A stretch of 61,282 nucleotides of DNA, counting the filler, from Sphacelaria rigidula (lineage: Eukaryota), in NCBI GenBank assembly GCA_964200075.2. It is 7 parts of 7 records of this genome, joined end to end, with 100 filler letters (N's around TTAATTAATTAA, not from the genome) between each part and the next. Parts side by side here need not be neighbours in the genome. Positions count along the whole stretch, not along the records: positions 1 to 8,670 come from CAXNAA020010441.1; positions 8,771 to 17,440 come from CAXNAA020010442.1; 5 more parts are not named here. One strand, 5' to 3'. Below the pieces are notes generated by a model that did not search any database, was not told the origin of the DNA, and saw only the letters and a program-made list of their open reading frames with translations. Positions 1-11,827 of this stretch are shown piece by piece. The position numbers were made by a program, and so were the translations under genes. The stretch's first letter is position 1, and every line of letters begins with the position of its first letter.

Positions 1-430
1 CATTTACCGGCCCACGTTTGGTGTTTGTGTATTGAAACTTTGTGTGGGGCGTGGCTAGGGCATAATCAACAAAACAAAGTGGGTGAAGTGTTTATTTTAT
101 TTTTTTCCTTCATTGGTTTAGGGCGTTCAAGTCTGGTGGAGACCATTTTTTCACGAGAAAAACTGAACCTCTCCAAGAAAACAAAAAAATGAAGGCCCAT
201 TTTATTCTTATTTTTTGCATATCTCTGTGGTCCTCCATGCTGAGTTTCAAATTACAATTCTAGAAATTGAGCTAAAAAATTGAGATAAGGCCCAAAAGCA
301 GTGTTCATTTCTCCTCAAAACTGCCCCAAAATCCCGAAAAAAGTGAAAATGAAACGAAAAAATTGAATAAGCTGTGTTCACAAGCTTTATTATGCACTAG
401 CGGTTCTCCACACGAAATTTCATAGCATAA
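1..430 (+). mobile_element. Terminus of a dispersed repeat / non-autonomous DNA transposon family (copy 1)
   Basis: CATTTACCGGCCCACGTTTGGTGTTTGTGTATTG...GGGCATAATCAACAAAAC aligns over ~200 bp with the reverse complement of 61050-61275. Confidence 0.6.
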
Positions 431-680
431 CTCTCAAAAACTGAGACGCGATATCCAGGTTCAGCTAATCTACCACCTCTGCTCGTAATATACTGGTTTT
501 AGTATAGAAACTTATGAGCGCCATATCTCGAGATAGATTACGAATTAGGTGAAGTTGAGGGCATTTATCGTCTCCTCGTGCTCCAGGGAATGTCCACACC
601 AAANNNNNNNNNNCTGAATGCATCGATCGGGGGTTTCATAGAGATTTTAGTATGGACGCTATCTCCCTTAGGTATAGGAA

Positions 681-870
681 CAGGTGTTTCCAAAACTCAT
701 ACCTCTGATACCTCCGATACCACGGTACTTCGAGATACCAGTACCTACCGCACCCGCTCAATCAGGTGTTCCCAAAACTCATACCTCTGATACCTCCGAT
801 ACCACGGTACTTCGAGATACCAGGACCTACCGTACCCGCTCAATCAGGTGTTTCCAAAACTCATACCTAC
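681..870. repeat. 82-bp tandem repeat (~2.3 copies)
   Basis: Unit CAGGTGTTTCCAAAACTCATACCTCTGATACC...CCCGCTCAAT starts at 681, 763 and 845. Confidence 0.9.
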
Positions 871-2202
871 GATACACACACGCATACCATGGTATGATAT
901 ACCTCGGTAATACCGGGGGTACACTCGGTACGGAACCTTACCTACGGTTCTCGTGCATTTTTTCATTTTTACATCCTGTAAAAATGTCATACCGTTTGAC
1001 GGGGAGGGTGTGTTGTGTGTATGTGTGTGTGTTTGGGGGGTGATAAACGCCGTCACTGTTGTGCCGCCAGCTGTATTGCGGTGCTGCACGTGAATGGGCA
1101 AGACTTGGCGCTACAGCGAGACTACAGTCGACATTTAAGACGAATTTAGTATCTTCATTCAGTGTAGCATGCAAGCAACAGTAATAGTTCGGTCGAGCAA
1201 GCAGAAGGCGGAAGCTCACTCCATCCTCCTGCTGTAAGAGATCTGCTGTACACTATTAAACTGCCTGAGAGGGAAGGTCCTACCTGGAACCGATAAATGC
1301 CTGCCGTCAGGGCCCATGGAGGTGAACTCCCTCCATTGGTCCGTAGCCTTACATCTCACGGCAGCTTGGCGTGCAGCGGGCAGTCATGGCATCGCTTGCT
1401 GTCTGATACTTGTGGTGCATTGCTCTCACTCCCAACCCTCTCTTCCTGCTTGTCTCCTACCACTGTACTTTTTAGGTTTAGACCATGGGATAAAGTGCAA
1501 CTATGGTTGCTACGAGTATGGAAGGATTCGAAAGGAATTATTACATTATTTTCAAGTACGGTATGGTTGATTGGTGCCTTGGGCGATTCTCCGATTCAAA
1601 CATCCCGGTTAACCCGCAAATCTCCGAACAAACAAACGCCCTTTCTTGCCGCTTTCCATCTGGAGCTGTTCGGACCGGTCAGCGCGATGTCAGTTGGGAG
1701 GTCCGCAGCTATATGATCTTGGTGAAAAAACGTCAGGTGTGAGTGGTGAGTCACACTGTATCGCACTGTGCCTTACTATCAATACGAGATCTATTTGTGG
1801 CAGCCGAACTCCCACGCCCCAACCCGTATCTTTGCCAACGACCACGGCATTTTGGAAGTCGCGAAAAAAAGAAAATATATATATATATATATTTGCCTTT
1901 CATGCACCACCGCACACCCGTTCATTCTTTACTGCTTCACATCTGCCTCGCAACGGAAGGCAGTACACACTACACACACTCTTGGATAGAACAACGTGCA
2001 AGGCAGATACTTGCACAGCTACACGGGCCATTGCCCAACACCGGATTACCACAAGTGCCCACAGTACAGCGGCCTTTTTACACCGTCCGACGGCACCCTT
2101 GCTTCCGGCTCCTCCCGCAATCAACTACAACACACAGCATGCGGCTATTTCAGTCGATTCATGTGTTGATACGAGTATTGGGATCTCTTTTTCCACTGCT
2201 AG

Positions 2203-3783
2203 CACACGGAGCGATACCCGAGACAGAGAGAGCCGCAACGTACGACAGCTATGTCAAGAACTGTGAGGACCTGCCTTCTGAGGCGACGGGCGAGATCCGG
2301 GTGTTGGCTCCCATTATCTGCGAAGAGCGAAAGGTATCAGTTTTGCACGATCAACTCGTCGCTGTTTTGTCCGAGTACTGTATGTAGGTCCTAGGACGTT
2401 GTCGGTATGTATTTTGGCACAAGAGGGGGGCGCGCGCGCGGGGGGGGGGGGATCCTGCAGCTCATCGCGCGCTGTCTTTTGCGCTCGATGTGAGACTTGG
2501 AGAGCACGTCAAGCTCGTTGTTGCTGCTCCTTGCGTAGAGCTCATTATGGATGTGCGCTAGAACTTACATCTTTGTAAGAAGCGGACTTGGATTGCTGTG
2601 AAGAAATACTGCGAGCGTCTTGCATACAGTATATTCTGGGAGCGTGTTGGCTGCGCGAACGGTAAGCCAAGACGGCAATGCTTTTGTGCATGATATTGCA
2701 CACTGCTGCTGTCGTTTACATCGTACTGGGTGGTATGTGTAGCGCAGACCACTACTGACCATACAGGGCGTGTGTCAAGTGCGTGTTCGTTTCGTAGCAT
2801 GCAACACGGCCAAAAAACGCCAACAAGGTTGCAGTGTGGGCAGTCGCTCGCAGCAGGCTAGGAAGTGTGGGTCGCGATGCCCTCCCTCTGAACAGAACGG
2901 CGTACATGCTCTGTTGGAAACATGATTTTGTCGGTCGCGCTGCTCCGACATCTCTCATGCTTGCCGGTGACAGACTCATGAAAAGATACAGACATGAACC
3001 GTAGTGGTCACAGCCATCAATCACCACCCCGCGCACATCATAGTGATCAGATGAAAATCTACAGATAAGAATCGCAGCGGTCACACCAATCATTCACATC
3101 CCGCGCACATTACATGATGATTAGATGAAAAGACACAGGAAACATGAATCGCACATCATAACGGTCAGATGAAAAGATACGGATATGTATGGTTGTGGTC
3201 GCATCCATCGCCACCATCCCGCGCAAATTATATTATGATCAAATTAAAAGATAAAAATATGGATCTCAGGGGTCACAGCCATCAATCACCATCCCGCTCG
3301 CATCATTACGATCGGATTGAAGTTGTTGTCTTAACCCCTAGACCGCGAGGTTAGTCTTCTTCTGTTGAATCGGCATCAATTTCAAGTGAAAAAAAATATG
3401 CATGATCCAGAAAGACTAATCTCGCGGTCTAAGGGTTAATCCCCCCCGGCATCTCTTCCTCGAGACGAGTCCTTGGACTCAGGGGATCAAATCATGCATC
3501 TCTCCCCCGATACACGCCTGTCTGTCCCACTCGCCTTGGCCTAGACAACACAGTTCGTACAGTGGTACTGTGGTTTATGACCCACTCCTCCCGCCCTCCC
3601 CCACCCCCCCTGCAACAACCACTCGCGCATGCTCAGAACGTGACTGCTGCTGGAACAGTCTCGTTTCACTCGCATGCCAAGGGCGAGTCGGGCGACCTCA
3701 AGTTCAAAAACGTCTATTTCAGCATTCCGACAGGAAACACGGCGTTCTTCGGCGGAAGCACCGTCAGCTTCGAGCGTGACGAG
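2203..3783 (+). CDS. Two internal exons of an unknown protein (partial)
   Basis: Exons 2203..2333 (ctgctag| ... AAG|gtatca) and 3637..3783 (gctcag| ... GAG|gtgaac) are phase-compatible: HGAIPETERAATYDSYVKNCEDLPSEATGEIRVLAPIICEERK|NVTAAGTVSFHSHAKGESGDLKFKNVYFSIPTGNTAFFGGSTVSFERDE. Beta-rich; no function assigned. Confidence 0.5.
2975..3320. repeat. Degenerate tandem repeat, ~75-bp unit, 4-5 copies
   Basis: Recurring GGTCACAGCCATCAATCACCA.CCCGCGCACATCAT...GATCAGATGAAAAGATAC. Confidence 0.7.
3335..3435. mobile_element. piggyBac-type MITE (101 bp)
   Basis: TTAA target site on both sides (3331-34, 3436-39); TIRs CCCCTAGACCGCGAGGTTAGTCTT / AAGACTAATCTCGCGGTCTAAGGG. CCC termini with a TTAA target are the piggyBac signature. 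Confidence 0.85.
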
Positions 3784-5639
3784 GTGAACATCGTACATGG
3801 AGTTGCAGTAAGCCATGCAATGAGTTCTAATGTACATGGTTTGTACGAGTACCGCCCCAAAATCTGTGAAAAAACGCAACACCGATTTTCAGTGGAACGT
3901 TCGCCGCAACGGGGTTATATAATTGAAACGTTGTGCTAATTTGGACGTATTCATGTGCTCAAAGGGGGATCGCCGTGCGGAGTTGCCACCCGACGACGTT
4001 TGTCTTGAGACGTTACGGTACCATAGTTCAACAGTATGGTAGTGCAATACGGCTGCCCGACGCCCCCAACAATATTTTGGGACCGCTTATTCGAGTGAAT
4101 TATTTTTCCTCGAATCAGTCGGTGATCGAGGCCGAGGCCGGATTCGGTTCGAAGTCATGATGTTCCAGCCCCAAGGTGGACGCTTGTCCTAATGATGACG
4201 CCGTCGTGAACAGCTTGTTACATCCCCTACATGCCTACATGCTGTACACTTGCGGGCACCCACACGATGTTGAGATATTCCGAAGTGACTTGTACGCAGT
4301 ATCTGAAAACGACGGTTTTATTGGCGAGGGGACTGGCATATAATATATACTCTGTATGTTACACGTAATTTTGCATACGGGAGGATGCGCAGAACTTGAA
4401 ATCTTAACGGCACGATCTCCTTTCATGGAAAGTGCCCTCGGCAGAATATTTTCTACTCTAGTGGGCCGATCGTCGCCCCCCCCGATATTTACGCCTACAT
4501 ACATCCTTTTATTGGGAACAAAATACTCACTAACTCGGATGCTGTCTACAGGTACTGTAGCAAAACCGCCAGGTAGACCACAAGTGCTTGCCCAATCGGT
4601 CATACAGAGGATTCATTTACATCCAATACTATATATGACTTGCTGTTTGCCGAACGCGAAAACTTACTTAGGCACAGTAAGCACGTGCCTGACTGGCGCT
4701 AAAATGCTATCTGCACGATGCCCACATCAATTTGACACTCCCACCAGGAGACAACAACGGAGATCTTCGAGCTTTTTGGAAATCTCATGCTTTTCGCCGA
4801 TGGTCAGGACTCGGCCGCCCCTGAGGGCTCGCCGGTGAGTTATTGTATCCATCTCAATAGACCACTGATTGGGAGAATTATGGCGGTCACTTCGTAACAG
4901 TTCGGGCACGCAGTGGTTAGCACGGGATTATACAAATTGCGGGTGGATTTGTTTTTGGCATGGGCCTTGGGAATCCTCTTGATATGCATCAAAATGTTCT
5001 CGCGAACAAGATACGAATAGACTACCCGACCGTGATGTGTGGCCTGGTTCATCCTGAAAAAGATATCCGTCCCCAATTTATAGAAGTCCGTGTCAACACG
5101 GGATTCTGACATATACCTAAGAACAGGTGTTGTACGGGGTGAACGGAGGTCGAAACTGTTCGGTATAAATGCGAGATTCAATAAGAGACTACTGATGGTT
5201 GTTTTGAAGATGGTCGAGGCCACACACATCACGGCCGGAGAGTATATTTGCATCTTTATTCCGAGACCATTTCGGTGCTTATAAAGGTTTCAGCCGTTCA
5301 TTTTCCATGAAAAAATCTACGGAAAGCTTTGTGAAATCATGTGTGACCAAACGCCTGCGTGAGGTCATTTCGGTGATATTTTCGTAGTCGGTGGTATTCT
5401 CGTAGGTCGTGATTTTTTCTACGTTTTTCCGCGTGCCACCGCTCATCGCAGTGAAGGTTTGATGCCCATGTTGAGGATCGGGGAACATCAGCATCCCCTC
5501 CACATTCCGACATTGAAATCATTTCTGCAATCAATATTGGGTGACTTACGGGCCCACCGTTCCTCGGGGGTCATGCGACTACACAATCGCAGGTAACGGC
5601 TATTCGGTGGTTTTGTTCGATTGACCCTATCCCAATAAA

Positions 5640-6055
5640 CAGTGGATTCTCGAAAATGGAGTCGAAAACAAAAATGAGGTTCAATTCAAAGCCGTATTTT
5701 CCCTGATCTAAATTCATGACAAATGACGTTCATGTAGACGACCCCATCCCTCCCGACCTCACTAAAACTATGTCGGGGAATTCCGAGTCTTCCGTTCCCC
5801 CAAATGGTATGTACGAAAGCACGATTCTTGGGCCAAAGAACGCCATTTTTACGTCCCAAAATCGAGGCAAAAGGATGCTTTCGCACAGACCCTTTGGAGG
5901 AACGGAAGGCCGGAAATCCCCCGAAATAGTTTCAGGGAGATCGGGAGGGATGAGATCGTCCGTATGAAAGTCAATTGTCAAATTAGGTCAGGGAAAGCAC
6001 GGCTTTTGAGTTGAACCTCGTTTCGTTTATCAACCTCATTTTCGAGTATCCACTG
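5640..6055. mobile_element. Foldback MITE (~416-bp imperfect palindrome)
   Basis: CAGTGGATTCTCGAAAATG... pairs with ...CATTTTCGAGTATCCACTG; arms match for ~190 bp, hence the mirror-image ORFs 5716+ and 5730-. Confidence 0.85.
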
Positions 6056-6193
6056 TTAACAGCTCTTTCGAATAAATATATATATATATATATACATATT
6101 CAACTTCCACCACCTGTTCATTGCCGTAGAGTCGAGCTCTGTGTTTTTGGATCAGTGCGAGTCGATAATACCTCGTAATAAACGGAGTTGTTG

Positions 6194-6642
6194 CTCCGTA
6201 TCACCCCGACAACACCAACGTGGGGGTAATGTCCTGAGCCTGACCTCCTTATTTTCTCAACATAATATACCGACTCTGGCTAAAAAAGATGAAGAATAGT
6301 ATGCGAGAAAATCTCAAATAGAATACCAATGTCTACGAAAATTGGTAGGGAGTCTTCTTCACCGTTTTTGGATCGAACAATATTTGTTTTCGGAACCAGC
6401 GCGATGAAAAGGTGCACACAACAAAAACTGTGTCCCTTACATTGTTTGCGAGAACGATCAGAACTGGCTCGCCGCTCTTTCTTTACTGAATACATAATTA
6501 TGGTCCATTTCAGTAGTGGAGTTTTTATTTCTCGCATACGTTTCTTGATTTGCACTCAAAAGTAATAGTCTCTAGCTATTGAAAGAAGCATGTCGCGCTC
6601 AGGACATCATCCCCAAGTTGGTGTTGTCAGGGTGATACGGAG
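6194..6642. mobile_element. Tc1/mariner-type (Stowaway-like) MITE
   Basis: ~45-bp TIRs CTCCGTATCACCCCGACAACACCAAC / GTTGGTGTTGTCAGGGTGATACGGAG; TA on the right, TG (mutated TA?) on the left. Confidence 0.8.
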
Positions 6643-7070
6643 TAAATACATCGTTCAGCAGGAGTGTTGTTTACTGTCACTGATGTAACAACACAGTTTT
6701 TTTGCTCGATCGAGCGCGATGAACATCGTCGGTGGATTTTGAAACAAGAATATACTTCTTGTCCACGAGAACGATCGGGATAGGTTCAATCGAGCACAAC
6801 TGGCGAGTATTCGAAATCTGTGGCTGTGAAAGTAACTACGGCAACCATCATACACCATCATTCTTCGCCATACAAGCCCGTTTCTTCAGACCCGATCGGG
6901 ATGCTGTGCTGCATTACCATACTGTACGACTGGTGCGTTACACCAACGTATTCCTTCGGGGGGAAACCGAACGTGCGGCGAAATGTGGAACGGTGTGCGC
7001 GTGCATGCCCTAAATGAGCCACCCCGACTAATCCTGACTAACCCATACCAACCCTAACCCGAAATTACAG

Positions 7071-7182
7071 GACGACCACTACGGCATAGTCAAGACACAC
7101 CCAGGTGGGGAAATATTCTCGCGGACGCCGATCACATACACCAAGACCGGCATGAGGTCTGCTGAAGACGTACTCAATCCTG

Positions 7183-7215
<33 letters not shown>

Positions 7216-8314
7216 ACGAAGACGATCACGTGACCGCTTCCCAGGCCGAAGCAATATCGGCCCCGGTCGCAGCTGCCTCCGAGGTGGATTCCAACTCCAC
7301 TCCCTCCACCTCTCCCACTGACATTTCCCAGGCAAATGACACGACAGAATACAAGTCGGATAGCCGGTGGGCGAGGAGAAGTCAGGCCGGGTGCAGCGAG
7401 ATGGACGCCGACCCGGCGGATGTCAGTAAGTCCTACCTCGAGCACCCGTGGTTTGATGCTCTGCTCACGAAGAGCAAGGGCAGCATCAAGGTTGGGGAAG
7501 AGCTGACGTCACCAGCTTCGCTTCACGCCCCGTTCTCGAGCACTCTGAGTGTGGCGTTAGACGGTTCTGTAGTTCACGGGAGGCCCGCCGCTGGAGAGGA
7601 CCTAAACGCGGGCGTGAAAGAATCGATAGTGCACAAGCTCTGCCCGTTGTGCTCGTGGGACGTCGATGTCGAGGGAACGGCCATCGCGGCGGAGTTGATC
7701 GACGTCCTTGGCAAGAGCGATATCGCCGGGGAGTCGGTGAGCCTGCTCACTACCAAGACAAGAGACTTTGCGAAGGTGAGGTCTCGGAGGTGATATTGCG
7801 GTTTATCACCTCCGTGGACTTTGTTCTGCTCTTGGATGTAGATCACTTTTGAACCTGTTGTGCTTGTGCGTGCCAATGTGTTCGATGGCCATAGGTATGG
7901 TCTTACCCTCTGCGTCTCTCTTATTTCTGTGCCTCTATGCATGCATCCAATACAACGATATGTTAAACGTCACCCTAAGAATGTCGTTTGTTGCACCTGG
8001 CCTAACCGTATGCTCCTCTCAATGGAGACGGACGTATGAACCCCAAATATATTTGCTAGTGTCCTCCAGAAACTGCACCCATGATGTTGTTCGATCCTCC
8101 ATGCTTACTTGGTCAGGTTATGAAGGAGCGCAGGCGACAACTATACCAGCTGAAGCTGGCCCGCAAGAAGCAGAGGAGGGGGAACCGCGAGGACAAGAAG
8201 GGCAAGGGGAACATGTCCCTGGAGGAAGACCAGGTGCAAGAGAACGAGGCTGACCTGCAGATGCTGGCCAAGGACTTCTCGAGTAGTCTACGAATCACCG
8301 ATAGGGGCCACGTG
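7071..8314 (+). CDS. Two internal exons of an unknown protein with a basic coiled-coil (partial; truncated by contig end)
   Basis: Exons 7071..7775 (ttacag|GAC ... AAG|gtgagg; 235 codons) and 8117..8314 (gtcag|GTT ... GTG|gtgagt; 66 codons), both phase 0. GC3-rich; junction reads TRDFAK|VMKERRRQLYQLKLARKKQRR. Confidence 0.75.
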
Positions 8315-8670
8315 GTGAGTGAGCGCACTGTACGGTGGAGCAGTCCACTCCGGTGGTGTTTGTTTGTATTCGTGCCTTGATAGGAATGATCGGGAATTCG
8401 TGAGTGCACAGCAGGGAAGAGATGGGTTGGTTCCTCAAGACCATTATTAGACCGTAGCCTCGTGCCGAGAAAGGGAAGGGGTTAGAGGTGATACAAAAGA
8501 GGAGATAACAGCGCGAACTATACCAAAATGTTGATTTTTTCACCACAAACACTCTCTGAGTTGTATGCTGTGTTGTTGGGCGTGTTTTTGCAGGGCATTT
8601 ATTTGCTGCGCGGACACTTTCTACGATAGCCCCCCCCAAAACCAGCTAAAAGTGTCACGAAAAAAATGGC

Positions 8671-8770
8671 NNNNNNNNNNNNNNNNNNNNNNNNNNNNNN
8701 NNNNNNNNNNNNNNTTAATTAATTAANNNNNNNNNNNNNNNNNNNNNNNNNNNNNNNNNNNNNNNNNNNN
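8671..8770. other. Artificial contig-join linker (N44-TTAATTAATTAA-N44)
   Basis: Exactly 100 bp with a six-frame stop linker in the middle; identical to five other linkers. Confidence 0.98.
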
Positions 8771-9149
8771 TTGTACTCCCCCAATACGCCACAACCATAA
8801 TATAACCCCCCCCTCCTCGTGCCCCTCGCGGTTTTTTTCACCCCCCCCCCCCCCCCCCCAACCCTCCCCAGCTGTGCCATTGACAGCCTTTGTGGTTTTG
8901 TGACGTATTCTATGGTATAGTTGACCTGAATATACTGTCTGTATCCAATATCACGAAAACTTGCGGAGAACACAGCACCAGCACGATTCGTCTTCGCGTG
9001 CTCGCGGGAGTTTTCGGGAAAACTCTGGCAGCGTACTCTGCAGTCCGCGAACAGTATGGTACTACAGCATGACACAGCACGCATCTACGCGCCTGGGGTG
9101 TTTCCTCTAGCCGATTCTTTTCCAATCAGTGATTCATACAACATGAATA

Positions 9150-9545
9150 ACGTGATTCATGATCAGCCTGTTTTCCCCCTTGCGTTCGTAAGGATGAATC
9201 ATAGGTACATGTTTTCCACCTCCTACGAGGTGAATCGATCGTGTACATGTATCTCCCCTTTCATCCATCAGCATGAATCATAGGTACACTTTCTGCGCCT
9301 TGCATTCATGCAAAGTGAATCACACGTACATGTTTCCCAATTTCCTTTCATGCAGGATGAGTCACACGTATATCTTCTCCGCCTTCCATCCATACGAGGT
9401 GAATCAAGTGTACACGTTTTCCAATCTCCGTGAATACAGCATGAATCATACCCACGTGTTTCCCACCTTCGGTTCATGCGAGATGAATGATGTGTACATG
9501 TTTTCCACCCATGATTCATACAGGAGCTTATCATTCGCACATATT
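9150..9545. repeat. Degenerate 42-bp minisatellite (~9 units)
   Basis: TGAATC-like motif recurs at 9274, 9316, 9358, 9400, 9442, 9484 (period 42), consensus ~RTGAATCAYRTGTACATGTTTTCC. Confidence 0.85.
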
Positions 9546-10329
9546 TTTCACTCTCGATTCGTCTGATACTACTTTGAGCGTACACATTCCCAGCTCGTGA
9601 TTTGTGCAGTATGACGTTGAACATACAACTCTACCATCCATGATTCATACTGGATGACTCTTTGGTAGAGCTACATGATTCGCATTCAACATTCGTGGGG
9701 AGTCAACCCGTATGAACTCTGATTCGTCCGAACCGTGGAATCTTCGATGTTCCTCCTCCGTCATAATCTCGACCAGTTGTACACATTGTGTGTGTACCGT
9801 GTGCCATTTCTCGTAAAAGAGTTGATGAACGTTGTGTGCTGGCATGAAGCGAACCAAAGCTGTACTTCTTCTGTCCCGTAAGTGAAGTGCCGCTTATGTC
9901 TACACGACCCCCTAACCGTGTCCGATGCGTGAGGCGATAATGTCCAATGCGTTAGGCGATAATGTTCTTGAAATCTTCGGCATTTTGGGGGTTGGAGTTG
10001 GAATCAGTTTTGTTTTTGTTCGCGCACTGCCCCAAGTGGGCCAACGAACGAAAAACAGTCGGCCCGAAAATAAAAATTATTTCGCCCCTATTCGGGGGGG
10101 GCGTACTCATTTGTTGCTCACCTTAATCATTTGACCATTGACCCTGCAACCTTTTCGAGACGAAGATTATTCCAGGGTGGGGGGGGGGGGTGTACTCATG
10201 ATCATGCATGCCATAGTCGGGGGTGGGTATGTTGTACATCTAACAGGGGGGGGGGAAATCAAAAACAAAAACGTCGTCCTCGTCGTCACGGGAAGTTGAC
10301 GCTGGGTAGTCCCAGGCCTCAATGAAGGC

Positions 10330-10700
10330 CTCAATGAAGGCCTCATTATCCCAATGTATCGCTCTTTCCGACGTCCCCGCCCTCTTCCGCACCGCAACCC
10401 CGGTATGCTCGACACGAAAGTCATCATCTAACCCACGGAGTGTTTGGTTGTACAAATTGAAGAGGCTCTGCCAAACCCTTTCCGACGTGTTTTCGTCGTA
10501 CTCTTGGTACTGCTTGCAGATAGTCTCCGCTACCTCATCTATCGAACTTGCATTCACTTCCCATACCCTTGACTTGAGACACACAACAAACACCAAGCCA
10601 GTAATAATCGAGTCAGCCGACCGGGAGGGCTGCGTGACAAGCTTCACCTTCCAACCTTGCCCCATCTCCCTAGAGGCGAGAATTTCGCCGTATGGCAACT
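10330..10700 (-). pseudogene. Degenerate Tc1/mariner (plant/oomycete mariner-like) transposase C-terminal fragment
   Basis: GWKVKLVTQPSRSADSIITGLVFVVCLKSRVW...SIDEVAETICKQYQEYDENTSERVWQSLF...DDDFRVEHTG matches the QPPNSPDLNVLDLGFF...IDEL...GxNxY/FxxxH C-terminus of mariner-like transposases; the SPDL/D motif is mutated. Confidence 0.75.
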
Positions 10701-11827
10701 CGCGCTTTTCTTCTGCACTACTACTCGCTTCGAGCGTAGCCGCAGCATCTTGAGCTTGGTAGTGGGCGATTGAACGTCCAAGTTATGACAAGGAAAAAAA
10801 AAGACACTCCAAAATATTGACTATTCCGTCAGTAGAAACCGCTAATGATTATTACTCCGATATGTTCTCCTTTCCCTTTGAGCATCTCCACAACTTTTGA
10901 CTTTTCAATGAACCTAACTATAGCACCGTAGGCACGTCCGTTGGGGGAGAACTCATTTGCACCCCATAACCGACTTCATGTACGGGAAAGAGGAAGCATG
11001 AGCTCCCGAAGAATCTGATGAAGGGTGGGTTCGCGTGTCGTCCTACGCACACGGCGAAAAAAACCCCACAAACCCCGAACCCTATCATGTATATTATATT
11101 TTTATTGCATGCAACACCGAAGACTTGACATGCAACTAACATGTTCTCCCGTCATTCGAACCCACGAAAGACGTTCGTGACCCCCCATACCGAGGAAACC
11201 ACGAGCAGCTAACCAATTTCCGGTGGGTGACCTGATACACATTACATCACGTTCGCCAACATGACTCCATCTCGCGTGTTCGTATTGCTTACTGCGGTGG
11301 TATCAGTGGTCAGACCCGTCGGGCAATATACAACACACCTAGATACAACGCAGTAATGGCGCACGGCGATTCTTTTTTTCACGACCTGGGTTGGACACGT
11401 CCCTTCGTGAGGCCTTTACTATTATAACTGCTGAAGGTGTTTGCCTATTTTCCCCCCATCATACAGTTTATTATTGAAAATGAACAACCCTGGTTTACCC
11501 ACTCCGTTCGTCGTGACGAATCCACAATTGCAAAACAATCATACCATCTTTTTATCCCCCGGTACTCTCCGCACATCCCAATAACGTGGATTGGACCAGC
11601 ACTACTCCCGCAACGCATCGACTCTCGTATGATTTTATTTTTGCCATTTGCCCGCTCAGGCTTTTAATGATGAAAATCATGTTGTTTCTGCCGCTGAGTT
11701 TGTACATATATACATATATATATATACATGAGTATCCGTCTGGATTCCAAACTACGATCTTTCGCCGTCACTGATAATCGTTATTGACCAGCTAAATCAT
11801 CGGCGAATACGCACTCTGACAAACCCA

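Noticed and set aside
681-870. CRISPR-like repeat or repeat protein (KTHTSDTSDTTVLRDT)
   Set aside because: Head-to-tail 82-bp duplication without unique spacers, unit length not a multiple of 3, eukaryotic context and no cas genes.
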